Positions 53,078 through 64,000 of a DNA stretch of 64,000 bases are shown piece after piece. The notes under the pieces were generated by a model. The model ran no database searches and was not told the DNA's origin. It saw only the letters and a program-made list of their open reading frames with translations. Position 1 is the first letter of the stretch, and each line of letters starts with the position of its first letter. The DNA comes from Heptranchias perlo. Lineage: Eukaryota. The position numbers and the translations under genes were made by a program. The stretch spans positions 4,898,001 through 4,962,000 of the forward strand of contig NW_027139453.1 in NCBI RefSeq assembly GCF_035084215.1, written 5' to 3'.

Positions 53078-55666
53078 CTGAATGATAATATAACAGCACT
53101 CTCTCCGCAGAGGGGGAGAGAATGAGAGAAAGAGATAGAGGAAGAGAAAGAATTAAAGGTAGGGGCAAGAGAGAGTGAGAGAGAGAGAACGAGAGAGGAA
53201 GAGAGACGGGAATGGAGAGAAAAAGAGAGAGACAGAGAGAGAATAATTGAGGCGGAGAGAGGGAGAGTAACAAAGAGAGAGACAGAGAGAGAATGAGAGA
53301 GAGGCGGAGAGAGGGAGAGTAACAAAGAGAGAGACAGAGCTACAGAATGAGAGAAGGGAAAGCGAGAGGCAGAGAGAACAAGAGAGGGAGCGAGAGACAG
53401 AAATTGAGAGAGAGAAAACGACAAAGACAGAGAGAATAAGAGTGAGAGAAAGAGAGAACACAGTGTTCTAACAAAAAAAATGTATATTATTTTTTTTATA
53501 TCGATCAAGGCTTGGTTCCAATGGAAATGTTAGAGGTTTTTCGAGGAATGTTGTGTCCGCTGAGGGGAATGGTCCTCAAATCAATGGGTTAATCTTCATC
53601 TGGAGTATTGCGTCCAGTTCAGGGCACCACACATTAGGAAATATGTGAAGGCCTTTGAGAGGGTGCAAAAGAGATTTACTAGAATGATTCCAGGGATGAG
53701 AGACTTCAGTTACATGGTAGATTGGAGAAGCTGGGATTGTTCTCATTGGAGCATTGAAGGTTGAGAGGAGATTAGATAGAGGTGTTCAAAATCATGAATG
53801 GTCTAGACAGAGTAGATGGAGAGATACTATTCCCATTGGCGGAAGGGTCAAGAAGCAGAAGACATTGATTTAAGGTGATTGGCAAAAGAACCAAAAGGAA
53901 AAACTTTTTATGCAGTGAATGGTTAGGATCTGGAATACACTGTCCGGGGTGGGGGGGGGGCGGGGTTTGTGTGGGGGAGGGTGGTCGAGACAGATTCAAT
54001 CATGGCCGTCAAAAGGGAACTGGATAAATACTTGAAAGGAAAAAATACTGCAGGGCTACAGGAATAGGGCGGGGGAGTGGGACTAGCTGGATTGCACTTG
54101 CGGAGAGGTGGCACGCACTCGATAGGCCGAATGGCATCCTTCCTTGCTGTGACCTTTCTATGATTCTATGACTCTAAGGCCTCGGAGAGGGTATGCAGTA
54201 GATTTACCAATATGTTAACAGGGATGAGTGAATTCAGTTATGTGGAGAGACTGGAGAAGCTGGGATTGTTCTCCTTAGAGAAGAGTAGGTGAAAACATCG
54301 ATTAGTCCATCGCAGAAGGAGGCCATTCGTACCATCATGACTCTGCCACCTCTTTGAAAGATCTATCCAATCAGTTCCACTCATCCTACTTTTTCCCCGT
54401 AGCCCTGAGTATATAACAAATTCCCTTTTGAAAGCCACTATTGAATCTGTTTCCACTTCCCTTTCAGGCAGTGAATTCCAGATCATCACAACGCACTGCA
54501 TAACTTTAAGTAAAAACATTTCCACTGCCATAACATTTCTTTCTATTGGTCAGCTGTAATTTCGCAAACCATCCAGAGCAAATTCGGCAAGTCCCGAATG
54601 TTTTACGTTACTTGAATTTCCATCGAAGTAAACGTTCACCCAGCTCCAGCATAACAATAATAAAACCAGAACATGCTGGAGCAGCTCAGCAAGTCAGGCA
54701 GCATCTGGGGAAAGAAACAGATTTAACGTTTCAGGTCGAAGACCTTTCGTCAGACTGGAAGATATTATAAGAGCGACAGTATTTGAGAAAGTTCCGAGCC
54801 AGGGAAAGGGAGGAGGGAGCGGGGCGGTGGAGTGAAGAACAAAAGGGATGGTCTGTGTTAGGGTAGAGGGCACGAGTGATTAAATGACAAAAGGGATGAT
54901 GAAACATTACCAGCACTAGCTGACCGAAAACATTGGTGCAGTGGTTCTGATCTGAAGTCATTGAAATCAATGTTGAGTCTGAATGTTGTAAAGTGTCTGA
55001 ACGACAGATGAAGTGCTGTCCCTCGAGCATCACAAACTGATCCTCATCAGAGACGAGAGTATATACAAAAGGCTGAATCTCACTTGTGCAGCTGACACTT
55101 AATGAATCCAAGTTTGAGGGGAGATTTGAGAATAATGAGGGGTTTCGATAGAGTGAATAAAGTGAAACTGTTTCCAGTGGCAGAAGGGTCGGTAACCAAA
55201 GGACACAGATTTAAGATAATTGCCAAAAGAACCAGAGTGGGGGGGGGGGGGGGGGGCGGGGCGGGTGATGAGAAGAATATTTTTTATGTTATGATCTGGA
55301 ATTCCCTGCCTGAAAGAGCGTTGGAGCAGATTTAGTAGTAACTTTCAAAAGGGAATTGGATAAATACTTGAAGAGGAAAAAATTATAGGACAGGTGGGGA
55401 AAGAGCAGGGAATTGGGTTTAATTGACAGCGCTTACAAAAAGCCAGGACAGGCAAGATGGGCCGAATGTCCTCCTCCTGTGCTGTATCATTCTGTGATCC
55501 CCACAATGATTACATCAAGTTAAAATCTAGTGGATCAAAGTGCACTGAATGAGCAGTCATTACATTATTTTTTGCTGAATGCGGTGTTCTCTGGCGGGGG
55601 AGACGGTCCACTGCATCCGGTTCTGTGGCTTTTTGTCTCAGAGTAGGGATGTTTCCACACGCCGTG

Positions 55667-56760
55667 CATCACTGCACCCGCAGAAGTAGACGGCAGTGTT
55701 CGACGCGGAGGTTACAGCGAGTTCCAGAGTAAACTGGGCATCGCTGGGATTCGGAGCTACAAACGGTTCGGTCGTGTAATTGGAAGCGTGGCCCGCACCG
55801 ACCGATTGGAAAAGGAGGGCGAGTTCCCGGTTTGCTGGGTGTCCGCACCAGAACGTGGTGGGATAGTTAGTGTTCTTCAGGATACAATACATTACCACTG
55901 ATTTCCCGGAGTGAACGGAAACAGTAGTTGGTGGCTGGTCAACGAGCGAAGTGAACACTCTTGGCAAATAGAGGAAACAGTCAGGTTTGTTTTCACAGAA
56001 TCGTAGAGCGAAGAAAGAGGCCATTGGGCCCATTGTGCCTGTGCAGGCTCTTTGAAGGAGTTACCCAATCTGTCCCACTCCCCTGCTCTTTCCCCGTAGC
56101 TCTGTACACTTTCCCCTTGAAGTATTTATCAAACTCCCTTTTGAAAATTACTGTTGAATCTGCTCTCACCGCCCTTTCAGGCAGTGCATTCCAGATCATC
56201 ACAACTCATTGCGTAAAAAATATTATTCTCATCTGCCCTCTGGGTTTTTTGCCAATTATTTTAAATCTGTGTCCTCTGGTTGCCGACTCTTCTGCCACTG
56301 GAAACAGTTGCTCCCTATCTACTCTATCAAAACCACTCATCATTTTGAACACCTCTATTAAATCTCCCCTTCACCTGCTCTCCTCTAAGGAGAACAACTC
56401 CAGCTTCTCCAGTCTCTCGACGTAACTGAAGTCCCTCAGTCCTGGTAACATTCTGGTAAATCTCCACTGCACCTTCTCCCAGGCCTTGATATCTTTCCTA
56501 TAGTTTGATGCCCAGAATTGACCACAACGCTTCAGCTGAGACCTAACTGTAGATGTCTGAAGTTTTGCAGAATTCCTTGGCGTTTTACTCAATACAAATC
56601 GATGTATTCGAGAATGAATCCACCCGAAGCAAAAAAAATATTGTGAAACATATATTTCTTTCCGACTTTTAGCTCGGTTTTGAATTACCTGAAATGAATG
56701 CAATCGACAGATTAAATATGACACTTGAACAAGCAAGTTTAGTTCCTTGGATAAGGACAT
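55667..56760 (-). pseudogene. TRBV: TRBV V7, open V exon (55667-~55960) but probably non-functional
   Basis: VDQPP...MYC...FWCGHP (WYRQ lost)...VYFCGCSD; CACGGCG-23-ACAAAAAGC (55628-55666); available AG is out of phase (CAA|GAGTG); leader-like exon ending at 56689 has no ATG in the phase-1 frame. Confidence 0.78.
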
Positions 56761-56959
56761 GGTGATGGAGCCTGTGTGGGAACATCCAGTCTGGTCGTTT
56801 CTCCGCTGGTGAGTCGTAATATATATGAAGCGTCAGTTTGTGGCGTCATTTCTCAGCCGTGGCGAGAACTGTCGCCTCTGAGTCATCAGGTTGTGGGTTC
56901 AAGCCCCACACACGAGAATTTAGCACAGAAACCAGGCCAGCACGACCGGAGCGACTAAT

Positions 56960-58030
56960 AAGGGAGCGCTGTACTGATGGAGGGCAGTACTGAGAGAGTG
57001 CTGCAATCTCGGAGGGTCAGTATTGACAGGTTGCTGCGCTGTTGGAGCGGCAGTACTGAGGGGGTGCTGCATTGTTGGAAGGGCAGTACTGCGGGAGTAC
57101 TGCATTGTTGGAATGGCAGTACTAAGGGAGCACTGCATTGTTGGAAGGGCAGTACTGAGGGAGTACTGCATTGTTGGAAGGGCAGTACTGAGGGAGCACT
57201 GCATTGTTGGAAGGGCAGTACTAAGGGAGTACTGCATTGTTGGAAGGGCACTACTGAGGGAGTACTGCATTGTTGGAAGGGCAGTACTGCGGGAGTACTG
57301 CATTGTTGGAAGGGCAGTACTTAGGGAGTACTGCATTGTTGGAAGGGCAGTATTGAGGGAGTACTGCATTGTTGGAAGGGCTGTACTGAGGGAGCACTAC
57401 ATTGTTGGAAGGGCAGTACTGAGGGGGTGCTGCATTGTTGGAAGGGCAGTACTGAGGGAGCACTGCATTGTTGGAAGGTCAGTACTGAGGGAGCACTGCA
57501 CTGTTGGAAGGGCAGTGCTGAGGGAGTACTGCATTGTTGGAAGGGCAGTACTGAGGGGAGAGCTGCACTGTTGGAAGGGCAGTACTGAGGGAGTACTGCA
57601 CTGTTGGAAGGGCAGTACCGAGGGAGTACTGCACTGTTGGAAGGGCAGTACTGAGGGAGGACTGCATTGTTGGAAGGGCAGTACTGAGAGAGTACTGCAT
57701 TGTTGGAAGGGCAGTACTGAGGGAGTGCTGCACTGTTGGAAGGGCAGTACTGGAGCACTGCACTGTCGGAATGTCAGCATTAAAGGAGCGCCGCACTGTT
57801 GTAGGGGCAGTAATGAGGGAACGCTGCACTGTCGGAATGTCAGTAATGTGGAAGCGCTGCACTGTTGGCGGGTCAGTGCTGAGGGAGTGCTGCACTGTTG
57901 GAGCGGCAGTACTGAGGGAGTGCTGCACCGTTGGAACGCCCTTCCTGAGGGAGCATTGCTCTGTCGGAAGGGCAGTAATGAGTGAGTGCTACACTCTGGT
58001 AGGCACTGAGAGCCTGCTGCACTGTCAAAG
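56960..58030. repeat. 33-bp SINE-internal minisatellite expansion (~30 units)
   Basis: Unit gggagtactgcattgttggaagggcagtactga. Confidence 0.92.
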
Positions 58031-58236
58031 AGGCAGTTCTGAGGGGGTGTGCACTGGCGGAAGGTCCGAAACCCGACTTCCATCGCGTGCAATTTCCATC
58101 TAAGCAATTACGTTCCGTCTATTGCTGCCACCTGCTGGCTGAAAAGAAGCTGGCTGAAATTTCCAGCTGGTGCTGCCACCTGCCATTCATCCAGTGTGGT
58201 TTATGTCGCTGCGGAGCCACTTTCTCAAACGCTGTG

Positions 58237-59747
58237 CGATGCTGCAGGCGCAGAAATAGACAGCGGTGTGAGACGGAGAGGCTTTGCTCACTTCGAAAGT
58301 AAACCGCGTGCCACTGGTTCGATCGCCTTTAAACGACTCAGGCGTGTAATTCGAAACAGCACCTTCTCCAGCAGAATAGAAGAGAGCTTCAAATGCCTGG
58401 TTGGGTTTTTGTCTGTACCAGAACATTTGGGGATAGCCAGTATTGGTCAGGGTACATGTGACTGTGGTCGACTCTCCTGCTCCAATCGACAGGACAGAAG
58501 GCGACTGGTCGGAATGTAGTAGATTGGGACTCTACTCATTGGAGTTCAGAAGAATGAGAGGCGATCTTATTGAAACATATAAGATTGTGAAGGGTCTTGA
58601 TCGGGTGGATGCAGTAAGGATGTTCCCAAAGATGGGTGAAACTAGAACTAGGGGGCATAATCTTAGAATAAGGGGCTGCTCTTTCAAAACTGAGATGAGG
58701 AGAAACTTCTTCACTCAGAGGGTGGTAGGTCTGTGGAATTTGCTGCCCCAGGAAGCTGTGGAAGCTACATCATTAAATAAATTTAAAACAGAAATAGACA
58801 GTTTCCTAGAAGTAAAGGGAATTCGGGGTTATGGGGAGCGGGCAGGAAATTGGACATGAAGCTAAGTTCGGATCGGTCAATGCCCTGTGGGTGGCGGAGA
58901 GGGCCCAGGGGCTATGTGGCCGGGTCCTGCTCCGACTTCTTGTGTTCTTTAGATTTGTGGTTGGGATCAGATCAGCCATGATCTTATTGAATGGCGGAGC
59001 AGGCTCGAGGGGCCGATTGGCCTACTCCTGCTCCAATTTCTTATGTTCTTATGTTCTTATGGTCCACGTACGAGGCGTGTGTTCCTGTCAAAAAGAACAT
59101 CGATTATAAGCTTGTTCCTGTCAATAATTGAAGAGGGCAGGGACTGCAGACTACAAGAAAGAAATAAAGCTTTGCATTGAAACAGCGACTTTCACGATCT
59201 CAGGATGTCCCAAAGCGCTTTCGAACCAATTAGAAGTGAAGCCGCTGTTGTAATGTACGAAACGCAGCAGCCAATTTGCGCACAGCAAGCTCCCACAAAC
59301 CACAATGAAATAAATGACCTGATCATCTAGGGTTTTTCTAGGTGTGAGTTTGAGGCATAAATGTTGGCTCAGGACACCTTGAAGAACTCCACTGCTTTTC
59401 TTACAACAATGACCATGGGATATTTTACGTCCATTCTAGAGGGCAGACGGGGCCTCGGTTCAACATCTTATACAAACGACAGCAACTCCGGCAGTGCGAC
59501 GCTTCCTCAGTACTGATCCTCCAACGGTACAGTACTCCTTCAGTACAATTAACCACGATTTTGGGCTCAAAGTCTCTGGAATTAGATTCGACCCCACCAC
59601 TTCCGAACTTCGAGACAAGTGCGCAATTAAATGAGCCACAGCTGACATCATAACACAGTACTTCACAAAGACCCCTTCATACGTTTACTTCGACTTACGT
59701 GGGATCAATGCAAGAAACAAGGTTAGATATTCAACCTTGTGAATCAT
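58237..59747 (-). pseudogene. TRBV: TRBV V8 interrupted by a CR1 insertion: leader 59699-59747, V exon 59060-59084 + 58237-58505
   Basis: Leader MIHKVEYLTLFLALIP; removing the insertion restores THASYVDQSPSVL...TCTL...WYRQ...VYFCACSI; CACAGCG-23-ACATAAACC (58198-58236). Confidence 0.93.
58511..59059 (+). mobile_element. Young 5'-truncated CR1 LINE with TGGTC target-site duplication
   Basis: Stop-free ORF2 C-terminus (RLGLYSLEFRRMRGDLIE...GYGERAGNWT*), 3' UTR hairpin, (TTCTTATG)n tail, TGGTC at 58506-58510 and 59060-59064. Confidence 0.93.
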
Positions 59748-60404
59748 GATTTGTTGATTCGACATTAGCTCGGTGCCTGAAACTAATTTAAAGGCGGTTT
59801 ACCTTTCGCATCTGATTAAATAGGAAGCACCCGGAAGCTAGAGAGGTACATGAGGGCGAATGGGATAGAAGGTCATGCTGATAGGGTGAGATGAAAAGGG
59901 GCGGGATGAGGCTGGTGTGGGACTAATTGGATGGCTCTTTCAAAAAGCCAGCACGGGCACGACGGGCCGAATTGCCTCCATCTGTGCTGTACGATTCTAT
60001 GATTCTAAAAAAAAACATTGTTGGGTCACAGTGCCAGTTTCAGTTTCCATATGCTAAACAAACATAAAAGGGTTAATTTCTTCGTTGGGCTGACATCCGA
60101 GAGTCACTGAAAAACACATCAGCAAGGAAGCTAAAATCTGACAGAGAAGTGGGTTAACGGTTTACAACGGATTCTCAAACGTCCGTCAGAAGGCAGGTGT
60201 CTGGAGACGCATCTGGAGAGGTGACTCGCCTATGAACAATATGAAACATCGGTGACAGGTTTTTTTTAAGCGGTCTGACATGAACCAGGTAATCAGCGCA
60301 TCTCTTGGCAATAATTCAAATAACAGGAGGGATATGAATATACTTTGATGACGAGAGTTTGGGAATTACTCTCTAGTATCATAGGGAGACACGTGTAATA
60401 TTGA

Positions 60405-60834
60405 CAGATAGAAACAAAGATAGAGAGATAGAGAGAGAGATAGACAGATAGAGAAAGAGAGATAGAGAGACAGATAGACAGGTAGACAGAAAGATAGATA
60501 GATAGATAAATAGATGGATAGATAGTTACATAGAAAGAGAGCGATAGATGGATAGAGGGGTGGATAGATAGATAGATAGATAGATAGACATAGAGAGATA
60601 GATAGATAGAGGGGTGGATAGATAGTTAGATAGACATAGAGAAATAGAGAGACAGAGAGAGATGGAGATTGATGGACAGACGGACAGACAGAAAGGCAGN
60701 NNNNNNNNNNNNNNNNNNNNNNNNNNNNNNNNNNNNNNNNNNNNNNNNNNNNNNNNNNNNNNNNNNNNNNNNNNNNNNNNNNNNNNNNNNNNNNNNNNNN
60801 NNNNNNNNNNNNNNNNNNNNNNNNNNNNNNNNNN
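60405..60834. repeat. (GATA/GA)n microsatellite followed by assembly gap (N 60700-60834)
   Basis: Visible repeat and N run. Confidence 0.95.
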
Positions 60835-60959
60835 GATCACTCTTTCCTGATGGCGGAGGCTTTGTGGTTTTAGCGCCCTTTATTCCTCAACAACCCCCCC
60901 GACCCCTGAGGTGGCCCGGAGCTTTTTGAAGCGAGTCGCGCCGTGATCTTGACGCTGTG

Positions 60960-61257
60960 GTACTATCGCTAGCGCAGTAATACACAGCTGTGTCACTGGG
61001 CTGAATTTGGGTCAGGTTAAGGTGGTAGGAATCGTCCCTGCCCCTGGCTGCAGACACTCGCCCTTCGAACCCTTTGGATATCTCGGGGCTCTCCGTCCGA
61101 TATGCGGAGATGAGGACCTCCATGGGCAGATTTGGGGCCTGTCGATACCAGTAGGTTCTGGGATGTTCTTTGGGTACAAAACATGTCAAAATCACCGATC
61201 CCAATCTGTACCCGGTCAGGAATCTATGCTTTTGAATAATCCTTTCGGTCACAGCCT
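60960..61257 (-). CDS. TRBV: TRBV V exon V9, intact but with no leader exon of its own
   Basis: TTTTGCAG acceptor; AVTERIIQ...LTC...YWYRQ...DTAVYYCASDST; CACAGCG-23-TCAAAAAGC (60921-60959); mostly microsatellite between it and V10. Confidence 0.92.
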
Positions 61258-61620
61258 CTGCAAAAGACACGGATGTTAATGGACATTTTCTCATGTTACA
61301 TCCTCTTGAGAGATATAGGCGAGAGGGGGAGAAAGAGAGGGGGAGACAGTGGGGAGAAAATAAGAGAGAGAAGGAGAGAGAGGTGAGGGAGAGTGGGAGC
61401 GGGAGGGAGAGGGAGGCAGAGAGAAATGGATAGAGAGAGGGGGAGAGATCGATCTCTCTATCTCTCTCCATCTATCCATCTATCTATCTATCTATATCTT
61501 TCTCTCTAACTATCCATCTATCTAGCTTGCTATCTATCTATCATTAGAACTAGTTGGAGGGTCATGTCCGAGACAGGCGGAGGTTTATGTTGCACAGATC
61601 AGCCCGAATGTGTCTCTGTG

Positions 61621-62911
61621 CATCACTGCAGGCACAGAAATACCGCGCCGTGTCGTTCGGCTGCACGCTCGATATCCTCAGATCGAAGGAATTGTCTGCA
61701 GATTTCTTGGCAAAAAATCGCTCCGTGATCCCGTCTGCCCTGCTCGAATCTCCTCCCTGCACCGCCTGCAAGAGCAGCTCGAGTCCCAGGCCGGAATACT
61801 GACGGTACCAGTACATGTAAGCATCAGTCCCTTGTTGGGTGCACGGAATAGTCACCGACTCCCCATCTCTCACCGTCACATATTTCCGGGACTGCACGAT
61901 CTTCTGACACTGGCCAACTTCTCGAAACAAATCAGGAATAAACAGCAAATACATTCATTTCCCCAGAAATAAGACACAACGAACCTGTTTAATTATTAAC
62001 TGTTCCATTTAATTTCATTCGATGTGTTGCCTGTATTTGTCACTTGAATCAAATTGAGGTGTTTAAGAAGATTGAAGTATTAGATAGGGTAAATAGTGTG
62101 AAACTATTTTCTCTGGTGGGGGAGTCCTGAAGAAAGAGGACATTAAAATTAGAGATCTGCCGTTTCGGGTTGATGCAAGGAAGCACTTCTTCACAAAGGG
62201 GAGTGGAAATCTCGAAATCTCTCCTCAAAAAACTGTTGAGACTGGGGGTCAATTGAAAATTTCAAAACTGAAATTGGTAGATTTAGATTAGGCTGGGCTA
62301 TTAAAGGTAACGGAACCAAGGACGGTAGATCGAGTTAAGATACAGATCGACCGTGGTCTAATTGAATGGCGAAAGAGACTCGAGGGGCTGAATGGCCTTC
62401 TCCTGCTCCTTAACAGACACATTCAATCTGCTGCACCGCTAGAAATGCTGAGCTTAATCGATTCGTCAAAAACAGAAGAATATCCTAAACCCTTATGAAT
62501 ATGTAGTTTGTTGGAAGCCAGTTGTTTTAATGAGGCTCTCCTTGTACAAGGGACAACTGTCAGCGATTGACATCGAAAATATCACTTACTGGTTCAAACA
62601 AAATAACAATAACCCTGTGCTCTCTCTGTCCATCCCGCCTGTATTTCAAACATAATTTATCGCCTTTATTTTTCACTGAACAGATACAGTCTCTTTGCTC
62701 CAATAATGCTGCTCTCTTTCATTCTCCCTTTCTTTCTTTCTTTCTTTCCTTCTTCCTGTTATCACTTTCTTGCTTTCTATCTTTCATTCTTTCTTTCTCT
62801 CTTTCCATCTTTCTTTCCTTTCTCTCGCCCTTCATGTGACGCTGAGCTCTCTCTTTACTTACCCGCCAATAGGAACAACGGCAACGTGCAGGACAATAGA
62901 CAAATCCGCAT
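61621..62911 (-). CDS. TRBV: TRBV gene V10: leader 62863-62911, V exon 61621-61920
   Basis: Leader MRICLLSCTLPLFLLA + GTAAGT (phase 1); TTTCGAG acceptor; QKIVQS...IPC...YWYRQ...DTARYFCACSD; CACAGAG-23-ACATAAACC (61582-61620). Confidence 0.92.
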
Positions 62912-63004
62912 GATCGGGGACAAAGGGTCTGAGAGGTGGAGCCCAACGGTGAACAAGTTGCCCAGATGCCCGAGCTAAGATACTGTTCTGTGCAAGAATG
63001 GAAA

Positions 63005-63212
63005 TGGAATTGACAGACCCGCCCGCCCCGCTGGCTCGATTTTAAAGCCCCGCCCCGTCCGCTCTGATTGACAACCCCTCCGCACTCCATCTGAATGTCA
63101 GCTCCGACCTTAACAAACTGATTGACAGGCCCGCCTCGCCATTTCTGATTGACAGCCCTGCCGCTTCCTCTCTGATATACAGCACCGCCCCTCCCTCTTT
63201 GATTGACAGTAA
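63005..63212 (-). promoter_or_regulatory. GC-rich promoter of the V10/V9 leader with 27-bp-periodic TGATTGACAG boxes and GC boxes
   Basis: Decamer or variants start at 63065, 63092, 63119, 63146, 63173, 63200; CCCGCCC boxes; TTTAAA near 63041. Confidence 0.65.
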
Positions 63213-64000
63213 GCAGAGCGGATGGGAGCAGGTTGTTGCAAATTGATAGGCTAAGTGAGTGGGCAAAGCTGCAGAAGACTGAGTTTAACGTGGACATGTG
63301 TGAGGTCATCCACTTTGAACCTAACAGAGATAGACCAGAATATTTTCTAAATGATGAGTAGCTCGGAACTGTGGAGGAGCAGAGAGGTTTAGGGGGTTCA
63401 TGCACTGAAATCCCTAAAATCTAGTGGACAAGCAGAACAAGTAATTTAAAAAGCTAATGGAAAGTTGGCCTTTATCTCAGGAAAGCTGGAATAAAAAGGG
63501 TTGGAAGTGAACTTACAGTTGTAAAGAGTTCTGGTCAGACCCAATCTGGAGAACTGCATTCAGTTCAGGGCACCGCACCTCAGGATGGATATATTGGCCT
63601 TGGAGAGGTTGCAGTGCAGATTCACCCAAATAAAACCGGGGCTAAAAGGGTTAAATTATGAGGACAGGTTGCATAGGTTAGGCTGGTATTACCTTGAGCG
63701 TAGAAGATTGAGGGATAATCAGATTGATGCTAAAATGTTTCGCTATTATAGCTGTAGAGCAACTATGTCCTCTGGAGGGGGAGTCCAGAACAAGCTGGCA
63801 TAACCTGTAGCGGTTCAAGAAGGCAGCTCACCACCGTCTTCCCAACGTCAATTAGGGATGGGCAATAAATGCCGGCCTTACCAGCGACGTCGACAAGCAA
63901 TGAATGCATAAAAAACTCCTAAAATTAAAACCGCACCGTTCAGGTGTGAAGTCAGGAGGCACTTCGTCACAGAAAGGACAGTGGAAATCTGGAACTCTCT

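Noticed and set aside
56920-58107. 320-aa and overlapping Cys-rich ORFs, also at 34143-35110 and 51638-52207
   Set aside because: By-product of the 33-bp SINE-internal repeat, open in several frames
60960-61920. NAR-TCR or Ig-TCR chimeric cassette
   Set aside because: No D or J between V10 and V9, both look TCR-V-like rather than IgNAR/VH-like, and the constant region is Cbeta

Overview
Eukaryotic DNA from a cartilaginous fish (inferred from shark-type CR1 LINEs and DeuSINE/SacSINE1-like repeats) carrying the core of an unrearranged T-cell receptor beta (TRB) locus on the minus strand. Reading right to left: 8 recognisable V exons with 23-RSS (61.9-32.9 kb; 5 look functional, 3 defective), several decayed V relics, one D (13 nt, 12/23 RSS) at 20114-20126, 10 J segments with 12-RSS (9 open, 1 pseudogene), and three TRBC exons (Ig domain, connecting peptide, transmembrane). 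The cytoplasmic exon was not found and probably lies left of the window. The rest is CR1/L2-type LINE fragments, SINEs and minisatellites, which explain most ORFs in the track. Highlights: two tandem V exons that appear to share one leader under a promoter with exact 27-bp-periodic TGATTGACAG boxes; an otherwise intact V disrupted by a young CR1 insertion with a 5-bp TSD; germline cysteines at V ends (CACS) and in one J; a conserved ETS-CRE composite in V promoters. V and J labels are my own positional names. All coordinates were counted by hand.
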